A stretch of DNA of 64,000 nt from Podarcis filfolensis (Eukaryota): NCBI GenBank assembly GCA_964270895.1, contig OZ185452.1; one strand, written 5' to 3'. Below the pieces are notes generated by a model. That model worked only from the letters and a program-made list of their open reading frames with translations, was not told the origin of the DNA and made no database searches. Shown here piece by piece: positions 1 through 11,714 of the stretch. Position 1 is the first letter of the stretch, and each line of letters opens with the position of its first letter. The translations under genes were made by a program, and so were the position numbers.

Positions 1-14
1 AACTTTACCCATAT

Positions 15-105
15 TATTTATTTATTTAAATTTGTATACCGCCCTCGGTAGATCTCAGACAGTTCACACAACATAAAAATACAAGATAAAAACCACACAA
101 AATAC
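15..105 (-). mobile_element. L2-like LINE 3' tail fragment
   Basis: Reverse strand reads TTTTATGTTGTGTGAACTGTCTGAGATCTACCGAGGGCGGTATACAAATTTAAATAAATA; the same tail type occurs at ~29545-29645 (+). Confidence 0.5.
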
Positions 106-317
106 GTATTTATCTATGTATTCTGCATCATTACTGCATTCCGCACACGCCGCCCTTTGCAACAACTGCAACGTTGTTGTTCTTAAGAAAGTGGGGGAGT
201 CTATCACTCGTGATTGACAAGGTGCTACGGCGGCGGCAACACCCCACGTCTATTATTGTATATTCAGTACTGTATTTATATATTCATTTAACGGCTACAA
301 ACTCCCGCCTTTCCCAG

Positions 318-331
318 AGGCGCATGCGCCT
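318..331. promoter_or_regulatory. NRF1-type palindrome AGGCGCATGCGCCT
   Basis: Perfect 14-bp palindrome containing the GCGCATGCGC NRF1 core, inside the CpG island. Confidence 0.55.
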
Positions 332-477
332 TGCCTCAAAGTCCGCGCGCGGGCCAAACGTCGCCGTGCTGCCCCTCCCCCCGGCCCACAGCGCTTATTA
401 ACGGCAGCGCGCAATTAGCTGCGCGCGCGCGCGCCCCGCCTTGAAAGTCCGCGCGCACGGGACAGAGAGGGCTAAAA

Positions 478-650
478 GGGGGCGGAGTTGTTGGTTTTTT
501 TAAAAAACCCACACAACCCGAAAGACCGTGTGGGAAGCGGAGGGGGTGTTTAAAAACCACGAATCCACGTTTTTTAACGGCGGCTCAGGAGCCTCAACTG
601 CGCGCGCACCAAGTGTGGGCGGAGTTAGAGAGATGGGGAGGGGGGCGGAG
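478..650 (+). promoter_or_regulatory. Sp/KLF GC boxes
   Basis: GGGGGCGGAG at 478-487 and 641-650; GGGCGGAG at ~617. Confidence 0.55.
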
Positions 651-2879
651 AGGGCAAGGCAAATCACGAGTCTTTCGCGTCGAAGCGCGCGCGCTCGAGG
701 GGGGGAGGAGCCCAAACGCGAGCGTTCCTCCCCCCACCCCACTCCCGCTTCTAATAAATTAACGACACCGCGCGTGCGCCTTGGGCTGAAGTGCGCGCGC
801 GAGCAGAGGGGGCGGAGAGAGAGAAAGGGGACGAAAAAGCAGAAGAGTCCAAGCAAAACAAAAGCCAGGCGAGGGGGCGGGGCGGCGTTAAACCTGAGCG
901 CGCGAGGGGGGTCGTGAAGGAGGAGAGAGTGGCGGCGGCAACCACGACGACACCGGCGACCGAAGGACGAGCAGGATGACTTCTCGGTCGCTTCTGGGCC
1001 CTGAGGAGAGCGGGGGGGCCCGGCTCGGGAGCAGCAGCGGCGGCGGTTGGCGCTTTCTATGACCCCCCCCCTCTCCTCCCTCACAGGACACACAAGCCCA
1101 CCCACCCCGCTGCCCGCCTCGCTTCGGGGCATGGTCGGCGGCGCTCGCTGAGGAGGCGGCGGTGGCGGCGCGACCCTGGCCCCCCACAGCAGGTAGCCAC
1201 CCTCCACGGCCGCTTGGTGGTCCCCTGCCCTTTTTTCCCGGCTGGGACGAGGAAAGAAGGAAGAAAGGGCGACTGGGCTGTGTGTGTGAGTTGGTGTTTG
1301 GCGGGGGGGGGCATCTCGATAGGGTGGGGGATACGCTCCCCACACATTCCAGGGTCTTGTCTCCCTCCCTCCCCCTTCTCTTTCATTCCTCCCCCCCCCA
1401 AAAAAAAACCACCTGAGGATTGTGAGGAGTTCAGGTAATCCTTCCTGGAAGGGTTGTCACTGATGGGCAGGATCAGTTTATAATTGGGGTGGACTTGTCC
1501 TTTCCTCCTCCCCAACATTTGTGATCCAAGAGGTATTTTTTGGGGGGGGTGAACTTTGGGGCTGATGACGATCCCTTTATCTGTATGGTTGCCTCTGTTG
1601 AAGGGAGGTAGGGTATTTATATTGTGTGTGTGTCCGGTCAACTTCTTTATTGACTATATTTTCATATTCCCTGGAGGTTCAGAGGGGCTTACAGCAACTT
1701 CCCAAAATGATGTTTGTTGTTTGGGCGATGATATCCTGCCTCTGCTTAACCAGCCTCTATGTAAACCAGCCAAGGCTTTTGAAAATATGAACAGGCTACA
1801 GTTCTACTGCTTATGTACTCAAAATCCACACTCAAGTTCAGTTATTCCCAAGGTGTAAGTATGTAGGATTGCAGCCTAGGAAGACAGCAACAGTAATACA
1901 AAAGGACAGGGAAGCAATTGCATTCAGATAATGAGCATCTGACAAACAAAAGTGTTATAAAAGTAATTCAGAAAAATATATAAAAAATACTCTGGGATAG
2001 TGATGGCCTTGACTAATACTTATTAATTTGCTAATAACTGCAATGTTTATATTCTATTGCATCCTCTTGGCAGAGGCAACTTACAGCAATTTCAACATCA
2101 TCTGATCTCTTGGAGCCTCTTAAGATGAGAACCTTAAGTAATGTGGTCTGTTTGGCCTGAGGAGAAAGAATTATTTTATTTTAAAAAATTTCCTCAACTT
2201 ATTAAGTGATATTATGAGCCTCGTACTAGTCCTTGAGTGCTAGATTTATTTACTTGAGTTTTTTTGGTGTCTTGTTGTGACACTGAAAGTTTAGAATGGC
2301 TAAAACCAATTTTAGTGGCGTCTGTGGGCCTCATGTCTCTTCCAAGGGCTCACCGTTAAAAGATAAATAAATCCTGAACAAAAGAAGAGAAACCTCCAAC
2401 ACATGGACTAAAAGAATAGTTGTTTTTCTATTTGCTGTAGAAGGAAAAGAATTGTGCATCCTTGAGAAAGGTCTGATCAGAGCTGCTAGCCAGGGACTCC
2501 TGTTACCAGTTTGTCTCAAATGGAAGTCCAGTTTCTTAATAGAATTGCTATAGGTGAGTGTGTATTGGAATGTACTCTGCACAGGCTCAGAAACCCAATA
2601 GCATGCAACTTAATGCTTTGTATGTTCTAGAGTTTTTTTAGATTCAAATTTAAGCATCAGTTTGCATATACACAAAAGGCTCCCCTCTTCCTTCTCCCTT
2701 GTTCGAGCAGTCTGAGAAAGGAGTGCAGGGGGATTTGGCTTTTGCAGCCTGTGGAGGTAATAGGGGACACAATAGCCTCCATGAGGGTTTTTTGTTTAGA
2801 AAGAAATTGTTTTGCAAGATGGGTGTTGTTGTTTTTAATTAGCGTGTTACCGAGAGGGGGACAAGAGCTTATCCTAGCC

Positions 2880-3860
2880 AATTCAGTTCTGTAATCTTCT
2901 GTATGCGTCGGTGATTTAATTTCCTTCTCACGCTCCGCACTCCCTTTGCCCCTCCATCTTTCAGGGCTGCGCACCACAAGGGCGGTATGTTTACCCCTGA
3001 TCATAGCATCTCAGAAATTCCCTGCAAGATGCAGGCGGTCCTTGAGCCTGTTATCTGGGGCAGTAGAACAGTAAACATCTCTGGGTCGGTTTTGTGTCAC
3101 TCTGCCTCCGCAAGCTCTTTGTCGGTTTGGAGCTGGGATGCGGGGGGGGGGGCGTTTTGTTTGCTGCTCGGATTCGCACATTTTTCTAGGACGATCGTGC
3201 TGAGCAGCTGGGGGGGGTCGTCTATACGTGCCGCCCCTTCTGCAGTTTCTTGTGGTTTTGGAGCCTGCTAGGCTGCTATTCAATGGCTCGAACAAGTAAG
3301 CTCCAGAGGTAAGGGGATTTTCGTTCAGCTTCAGCTGCAGAACCGGATCTGTTTTGCTTTGCTTTGTTTGTGACTGCATGCTGGCTTGCTCTTTTCCGTC
3401 AGCCCTCGAGGCTTTTTCCTCGCCAGATCTTTCGCTTTCATTGATTTAACCGCAGAAAAGAGAACTTGCCCTTTCTCCCCCTCCCCTTTCGGTTTCGTGG
3501 TGGTTGGAATTCGGGGCAAAGTGGAACTGGAATTCTGGCTCGAGCTGATCGCCCTGCGGCTGGACAAGGAAATGAAGCTGGAAAAACACCTTTCCTCCCC
3601 GACCTTGTGCCAGAACTGGACACCCCCACCCGGGGCAAGTCGAAGCCAGCGTGCTTCGCTGGGCTCTAGGTCGACCCCACCGGGGGCGCTCAGACACTGT
3701 TTGTAAACAGTGCCAGAAAGTGAGCCGTTTGCAGCCGCCGTTGGCCTTTTGTTTTGATCCACCGGGCTCGGACTGGCTGTGGCGGGGGCTGGCTGCTGCT
3801 GTTGTGGGTAGGCTGGCTGGGACTTTGCTGCTGCACGTCCGTTCATCTCCCCTCCCCTCC
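2880..3860 (+). promoter_or_regulatory. Second CpG-rich island in YPEL1 intron 1 (possible alternative promoter/first exon)
   Basis: Local CpG/GC enrichment against AT-rich flanks; donor-like CAA|GTAAGC at ~3295. Confidence 0.55.
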
Positions 3861-6800
3861 TCCGTGCTGTATTGTCCAAAGCAGACTGGAGGTGCATGTT
3901 TATTTTTAGAATGTTGCTTCTCGCAGTGCCCTTGCCTTTCTCCATGAAAAGTTGCCTTTTCCACAAGGCTCCGAACCCATTGTTTCTACACTTCAGAGGA
4001 GGAACAGGCAAAAGAAAGGGTAGGAGGAGATGTTTTGGTTAAAATCAGAGCAGGCAGTGATGTTTTGCTTTGTGGTCTGAGTGTGTGGTGAGTTTTCGGT
4101 TAGAATACTCTAACAACAGCCCATGAAAGTGAAAAACAAATCTGCACAAGTCTTTTGTATCTGGTTATTTTAGCATTGTTTGAAGTTTAGTAAGGGTGAG
4201 GTCTATTAAATGGTCTTATGGAAATGTGTTTTCACAGAAGCCACTTTAGCACTGTCTACAATGCAGCAACATCTATTTCTGTTGTATACATTTGATGCAG
4301 TCTGGATTGCTGGTGGATGAAAAAGGTTCTTTAGCGCTAACAGACTTCATGGGAAAGTCCAAGACAGGAAAACAAGATTTATCTTTCTGAGTTCTTGGTT
4401 ACTGTTAATGGGGGGTGGGAAGCAACTTAGCTTCAGTTAAATGAACAATTATCCAGCCACATTTTATGTGTCTTACATAACAAATCTTAGGGGTTTTAAA
4501 CTTAGCAAAAACCAACTGTGCATGTTTCTTCAGAAATAAATACTTCTCTGCTTATTTCAGCTTACTCTCAGATAAGTATGGATAAGGGTATAACCCCGAT
4601 TTTTGTAGTTCATATTTAATAGAAGCCCTTTTAGTAGCTTGGTAAAAACACGAATGAAATTAAGGCTTGTTATAGTACAAAACCTCTATAAATATAATGT
4701 ATGAAATAGCAGTGGGACATGCTGTATAGTAGAATCAAATGACCTGTTGCTTGTGTTCCTGATAAAAGCTATTTAATGGTTTGAGAATATCTTAATATTC
4801 TGTAGATCTGTTGTATGCTGATAACGTTCTGTTGCAGCAAACATGCTTAAATATTTGTTTATACATCCGGGTGCAGAATTAGGACAGCCCACTATGCTTA
4901 AGATTGGCTGCTGCTTGCCTACTAAAATTACGCTTTCCTTCAAATGACATCATGCTGGTAGACAGAAGAGCTAACATTGTATTCATTCAGTGTACGAATT
5001 GTAATATCACATGAAAATAACACTTATTTATCCATCTAATAAAATGGGTAGCATGTTCAACTGGGAGTAGCAAGGGCATGATGAAAATGAAAATTGTGTC
5101 TTAATTGCGTCTAGAATGAATGTTTGAAAAAACATATGTTTTTGAGAAAACATATGAAAAAACATATGTTCCAATGCTTGAACCTGTTTTCACATGGGGC
5201 TTGGCAGAGAATATCAGATTTGTACAGCATGCCCTTGTGTATAGTTAGTATTTTAGGAGACAAAACTCCTTTAGTGTTGTGAAATGGAATGGGGGGGGCT
5301 TGGGTAGTTGTTATTACAATCTCAGTCAGATTTGCTGACACATTTAAAAGGGTAGTCTTTTCATAGTTCAGTAAATTTGAGCTCTACTGTATTTTCATCT
5401 CTCTCTTTTTGGTACTTCTGTAAACCTCAGGATTCGCCCACACCTGTAGTGTGTGGATGGTGCTGTTTTGGTTGCAGTAGGTATGACAATTCATGTAGGT
5501 CTGTTTCAAGGAAACTACTGTTGTTTGTTTGTTCCTTTCTATATCACAAAACTGAAAGCTATGCAGTGTACAATATGACTTCGGTTTAAAACCAAAGCAA
5601 CATAACAAATACAATTGAACCAAACTACATTAAAAAAACAAACAAACAGAAGCACAGAATGGGTCATCTAACAAGAAGGTTCTAAAAAACAAGTTAATCC
5701 TTTTCATCAGAATGCTCCCTGAAATAATCAAGTATTGGTGCCTAAAACTCATTATAGTTGGTGCCAGCTTGATTTAATTAGGTAGACTGCCTATAAACTG
5801 GGTGCCACCACACTAAATGCACAATCTGTCACTGCCAGGCTGATTGCAGATATCAGGGAAAGGTATATGAATAGTACTTAATCAAGGGTTCAGAAATCCT
5901 TGGCTTAACTTGTTAGGCAGTTGTTATCCTTGAGCCCTCCGTTCCCCTATATCTTCTGTCTGTGCCTGTGGCGGCGGAGTTTGGGAGGAAAAAACTTTGT
6001 CTTGAAGATTTGACAGATGGCTCAGTCTTATGCAACAGCCCAGTCAAAAATACAGAAAGACCCAACCCTTGATTCCAGTGCTTTATAAATGCTTCCAGAG
6101 ACTGTGGGGAAGCACTGAGAAGGTCCCATTGCTTTTTCTGAAGATCTGTAAAGGATGAAACAAGACCTCCCCCCCCCCCTGCTCCGAAGTTATCTGTGCA
6201 TGCCAAAGAATATGGGAGGGGTCTATTCATGTTTCATTTCTCACAGGATTTTTGCAGAATGCAAAACTCTCCACAAAGGAAGTGCAAAGGGAAGCATGTT
6301 CCTCCATGTTCTCTGCAGTTCCTCAAGAACTCAGGGAAAGGACTAGTCAGCAGAGGGAGGATAGGGGTTATTGCACTTCCTTGCACCACTGGGGGGATCT
6401 TGTGCATCCCTGGTCTTAGTTAACAAGAAACATAATTGTGACACTCTGCACATAAACTTTAAAGTAGGATAGTTGAGAATTGATGAGTTTACAAATTTAA
6501 ACGAACTGTAAACAAAAGTTAAAATGAAGCCAGATTAAAATATCTGAATGTAAAACAAAAAACATTATGTCCACAAAAATAATCCTTTAAAACTCAATCT
6601 GTGACATTATCACATGCATTGAAGCATGTAAACTATTTTTATTGATTTTCAACTTACAAAACACAATTAATAAACTTTAAATGTGCTGCCATTGGCAATA
6701 CAGCATTAAAATTCCTTTAGAATTCCCTTCTCTCTCTCTAAGAACTGGATTAATTACTGCCATTGATTTTAATAAATTTAATTTTGAGATTTGATTTTAG

Positions 6801-8437
6801 GTGACTGCCTTGCCTCATGTTGCTACCTTAGTTCTGCAAGGCACAGGCTCATTAATTTTAAGAAGGTTTGTGAATCCAACATTATATCTAATTATACATT
6901 TATATTGTCCAAAGACTGAATTACTGCTTTCTCCTCTTGCCCACTCCCCCATTTATCTTGTTACAGGAATTATTCAGCCACCACTATGACTGAATAATTA
7001 ACCAGAGGCTCAGATCAGTCACTGTAACTAACCATAGTTTAGGACCTAAACTATGATTTGAGCTTCCAAATATTAAACAAGCACTTTTATGGTTTAGAAC
7101 TGTTTACTATGGCCCTCCTTTCTCCCAGCATACAAGTTCACAATTTCATTTCCCATCTCTTTGCTGAAGCAGCCTCTGTAGTGACACCCATATAACACCA
7201 GTTTTTAGAATTCAGACATTGCACCAAACTATGGCTTGCAAACCCCATATTACCTTAATGGTTGTCTCCTGTTCTTATTTGCTGTTTCTGGCTGCATAAT
7301 ATATGGTACTGCATTGACAACAGTCCTTTTTGGAGGGAGTTATTGTTTACACTTGTTATTGCTACCACACCATAATCTTTGTGCCTTTCTAATTTTTACT
7401 ACCAATGGAAAATCCCAGTTTCTTGACTGTCCTTGTTGAAATTGATAAAGAAATGGTTAAAATGTTGATAGTGTTTTCCCACCTCTATGTTCACTCAGAT
7501 TGATTTATTATGGGATACTGCATTGGTACTAGATGTCTGTGGTCTCCAGACCTTAAGTTCATTATTACATATTAGAATCAAATGAGACCACCCTGAAGCT
7601 CGAGAATCTGAAGTGAATGTGTCTCTTGCTTCAGCTGGCTGATAATGAACAGAGGTTTATGAGTGTCGGGCATTCATGGAGTGATACCGTCTGCCAAACT
7701 TCTGGAAATTATCTTCCTTTTGAGCAGCAGTATTTCTTATAGAAAGCTGTTTGAAGAGGCTACACTGCAAAGTTTTTGAATCCACATAGTTCAGTATTTA
7801 TTTGGGCTTTGGCTGTGTTTAAACATCCTTATAAACTATGGCTTATTGTGATGGAAATGAGCCAAGTGAGCCTTGGACTCATATGCTCCCTGTCTTTCCC
7901 CTCCTTCTCCAGTGTGGCTGCAAGTTGCTTGTTTCATTCAAACCTGACAACCTGTGGTTAACTATGGTTTGATTTAAACAAACAGACTTCAGAATGCACT
8001 TACTTTGTGGGGAACCTATGGGCAGAAAGTTTCATAGCTGGCCTACCCAGCAACTATTTTGTGTTGGCTGAGTGGAATGTTAGTTACGCTTGCCTTTTGT
8101 TCATCCAGCTGTTTTACCACCCTTGAGTTTCCAGTGCTTGTGTTAGCATACAGCCCTCTGTTGCAGTGTTCCCATCTCCCTTTTGGATGGGAGGTTGGGA
8201 GCACCTCAGTATTACAGTGCAAGAGTAGGGCCCCTCCTCTCCTCTCCCATGTAGGACTCTGTGGCATATACATGCAGGCACGATATTTTAACAGGGAGCA
8301 ACACTGCATGTAACTTAAGGTACCCATTTTATTTTAAACTTACACTAATGAGGAAATGGAGAAGTTAAATGTTTAATTAGGAATATGTACTATAAAAAGA
8401 CTTGAAGTGGCTTATATGCTTCTTTCTTCCGTTGCAG

Positions 8438-8603
8438 GTTTTGATTGTTTCTTCTGTGGCGTTTGTGTGGAAGCTGCCACACACACTCCAGAACAACAAC
8501 GGCTTTTGCTTGCATTTTCCAGTGTTTCTTTTGTCAGCAAGTTCAGCAAAGTTGTAATTCTTCAAGTGCCAGCCCTGATCAGAGTGAAGAACTGGCCACA
8601 GAG
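8438..8603 (+). other. YPEL1: YPEL1 5'UTR part of the first coding exon
   Basis: Acceptor TCTTTCTTCCGTTGCAG|G ending at 8437; no ATG in these 166 nt before the ATG at 8604. Confidence 0.8.
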
Positions 8604-8720
8604 ATGGTAAAAATGACAAAATCCAAAACGTTCCAGGCTTACCTACCAAACTGTCATCGGACCTACAGTTGTATCCACTGCAGAGCCCATCTAGCCAATC
8701 ATGATGAACTAATTTCCAAG
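8604..8720 (+). CDS. YPEL1: Protein yippee-like 1, coding exon 1 ([39 protein letters not shown])
   Basis: Matches the YPEL1 N-terminus as I recall it (TKSK...PNC rather than YPEL2 TRSK...PSC). Kozak gagATGg. Donor is AAG|GCAAGT. Confidence 0.97.
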
Positions 8721-9320
8721 GCAAGTGGCCTGTCTCTAGACCTCATGAATGCATGATCTGGTGCCTGTTTGTAACTGCCATAATGAGACAAAAAGATACA
8801 CCAAAAGCTATGTGTTTCAGGGTCTATTAGAAATACACTGCATAAGAATTTACATAATGTATTTCCTGATTACATTCTGTTTGTGTTCAGGTGCTACTTC
8901 TTGAGGTGTGTTTGTTCTCTTCTCAGGCCGGAATGATGTGTAATTGATATTTTAAAAGAAGTGCTCTTAATGTGAAGCACATTGATCAGGGTTGTGGTCA
9001 CTTGAGGTAATGTGACTAACCTGCTTGTTTTAGTTTGTTGCATGATTCTTCTAAAGAGAATCACTGTGTAACTTACACTATGTTCAAATGTTAATGTGTT
9101 CTTAATATTCAAGTACAGAAGATCTAGTATGCAGACATGAAATCTAAACCAACTAGCCAGCCATGTGAAGAAAATAGTCAATGGATTGAAGTATGCAGAG
9201 ATGTATATCTGGTCAGTTGAAAAAGAAGGGTGGGTGGGTTTCTTCTTCTGTGTATGTTCTGCAGCTAGACCTGTCCAGTGAGAGCATTCCTGAAGTGAGG
9301 AAGCATGCTTTTCAAAACTA

Positions 9321-9535
9321 CAGTGGTACCTCGGGTTGCATACGCTTCAGGTTACAGACTCCGCTAACCCAGAAATAGTGCTTCAGGTTAAGAACTTTGC
9401 TTCAGGATAAGAACAGAAATCGTGCTCCGGCAGCAGGAGGCCTCATTAGCTAAAGTGGTGCTTCAGGTTAAGAACAGTTTCAGGTTAAGAATGGACCTCC
9501 GGAACTAATTAAGTACTTAATCCGAGGTACCACTG
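9321..9535. mobile_element. Tc1/mariner (Tigger-like) MITE, family T1
   Basis: TIR CAGTGGTACCTCGG...CCGAGGTACCACTG with TA on both sides. Confidence 0.9.
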
Positions 9536-10994
9536 TACTTTCTTTTGTTCCTTGTTTTCCCCTTTATGCATTCATTTGAAGGACTTTTGGTAACAACTGT
9601 GAATCAAGGCTCTTCTTTGAGATCTGTATATATGAAGAAACCTCTCACCAGGCAGTTTTCCCAACTCCTATGCAAAGATTTGGGAGTTTCTATGTTTCTG
9701 AACTGAGAGACCATATTCTCCCAAGCATATATTCATATTCACCTGTTCTGTATCCACTCTTCATGTGCATTGGGGAGGAATTTGGACCTCGGGAAGAGCA
9801 TCATCTAATATTCAGATTTTCCCTCACAGCAATGGGGTCTCTCATGATTGCTATATGCTGCGATCTACATGCATATATTCTGAAGAGTATGCATTTGTTA
9901 GCAGTTGCTACAGCACTGGTTTGTGCTGCAGATTTAAGCTTACCACACAGAAACACAATAAAGGAAAAATGACAAGAGAAATGCTCCCTCCACTGATTTT
10001 TCTTTCTCCCCCTCACCCCCAGCCAATTTTGCATCAAAATTAAGGGAATAATTTTTTTAAACAAAGTATATTCTGTAAAGAAACCTCATATAATTTTGTA
10101 CTTCCTGTGTGTTAAAAATAGTATTGTATTCTCAGGTAAAAACATAATAAACAATCTACTAAACATTAAAAATGGTTTCAGACTGACAATTTGTCTAACA
10201 CCCATCTTCTTTAATTGTTACAAGTTTAGTATACTGTGACTAATAAGTTGGTGGGACAGGGTCATGTAACTGTAATTAAACGTACTTAATTAGGTTAATT
10301 GGTATAGTTTTTAGATGACAAGAGAGAGGTGAGGGTTTCCGCTACAGTTATGGATTTTTTCAGTGCCTGGTTTTCCTAATTAGGTATGTTCACAAGACTG
10401 TGATGGGATGAAAATTGAATACATAGCAGTAATTTAAAGGTGTAAATGATTGGGTATGCCTGTTTTAAAAACAAACACTACAGTGCAATTAGTTGACTCA
10501 CTGTTGCCCTTAAAATAAAACCAAACACTCCCTGGTTTGCAAACTACGTGGCATGGTGATATGTGAATCACTCACGCTGCTGAAAAGATGGGAGGAAGAT
10601 TGCTTTCCAGTGTATCTTGCAACGCACCAATTCTGGTGCTCATCCGGAATTCCTGTTTCTTCCAGCAATGAATATTGGAGGGCAGATTTCCTAGGAACTC
10701 CCACTATTGCAGTAACATACTGGGTAACCTTCCAAAGAGAGCTATTAGCAGCTTAGCTTCAATCATCATGCACTGACATTGAAACAAATATTACTAATTG
10801 CCGAGGTGTGTGTGTGTGTGCACGTTGCACACAAATGGCAATGGCTAGTGGATGGTACAGATATGTGTGATACTGTGATTGTGTTGCATACAAATTCTGT
10901 AAAGAAGGGGTGTAGCACCTTGTGAATCTGATCTTACTGGCTTAGCTTCATTTCCCTCCCTCTAGCCCTCCCACAGGCTATTTATTTGCCTGAA

Positions 10995-11212
10995 TAGTGG
11001 TACCTCAGGTTACAAACACTTCGGGTCACAAACTCCGCTAACCTGGAAGTAATACCTTGGGTTAAGAACTTTGCCCCAGGATGAGCACAGAAATCGTGTG
11101 CCGGCGCCAGCAGGAGGCCCCATTAGCTAAAGTGGTACCTCGGGTTAAGGACGGTTTCAGGTTAAGGATGGAGCTCCGGAAGGAATTAAGTTCGTAACCT
11201 GAGGTACCACTG
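10995..11212. mobile_element. Tigger-like MITE, family T1 (older copy)
   Basis: Same internal sequence as 9321-9535; ends and TA sites mutated. Confidence 0.85.
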
Positions 11213-11714
11213 CAATTTTTAATCTTATTTTTTATTCAACTGCAAGACCATTTTACCCTGCTTGATGTATATTGGACATGGGACTTGTTAATAGCTCTTG
11301 AACAATTAAATAATATGAATCACAGGAGCCAATACTTGGAAAGGCAACTAAGCTGTAATAAAACAGGCACTAATAAAATTCTTAACCCTGAGTATTATAA
11401 GTAACAATAACAACTTATGGCTATAAGCCATAAATTTGTGACTCACAATTTTGCTGTTTGCTGCACATCAGTATTTTGGCACACGTTTTCTCAGGCACAG
11501 CATATGTTAAAATATATGGTGTAACTTTCTCTGATCTCTTCTGACAGGGTGGTAATGAAAACCAAATGAAGTAATCTTGGAAATTTTGCAGGTTTATGGA
11601 ATAGACATCATTTTACAGCCATTTTTATGTATTCAAATTCCTGTTTGAGATCTGTATTCCCCTTTGACCTATTAGGTAGCAATGATGATGAATTCAAGAG
11701 GTTAATTTCAAGTA

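Larger units (their letters stand above)
150..1350 (+). promoter_or_regulatory. YPEL1: CpG island / probable YPEL1 promoter and non-coding first exon
   Basis: High GC and CpG density with (GC)n runs and GC boxes, upstream of the first coding exon. Candidate donors CAG|GTAGCC (~1191) and CAG|GTAATC (~1435). TSS not determinable. Confidence 0.8.

Noticed and set aside
500-1641. Long ORFs over the promoter (281, 186, 151 aa)
   Set aside because: Low-complexity Pro/Arg/Gly frames typical of stop-poor CpG islands; no recognisable domain.
3331-4011. 226-aa (-) and 106-aa (+, ELEFWLELIALRLDKEMKLEK) ORFs in the second CpG island
   Set aside because: No homology recognised; the + ORF starts at TTG and cannot extend YPEL1 because of the in-frame TGA at 8442.
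8445-8756. 103-aa ORF-track entry as the YPEL1 start and end
   Set aside because: Reads through the GC donor into the intron; the TTG start has poor context compared with the ACG at 8499.
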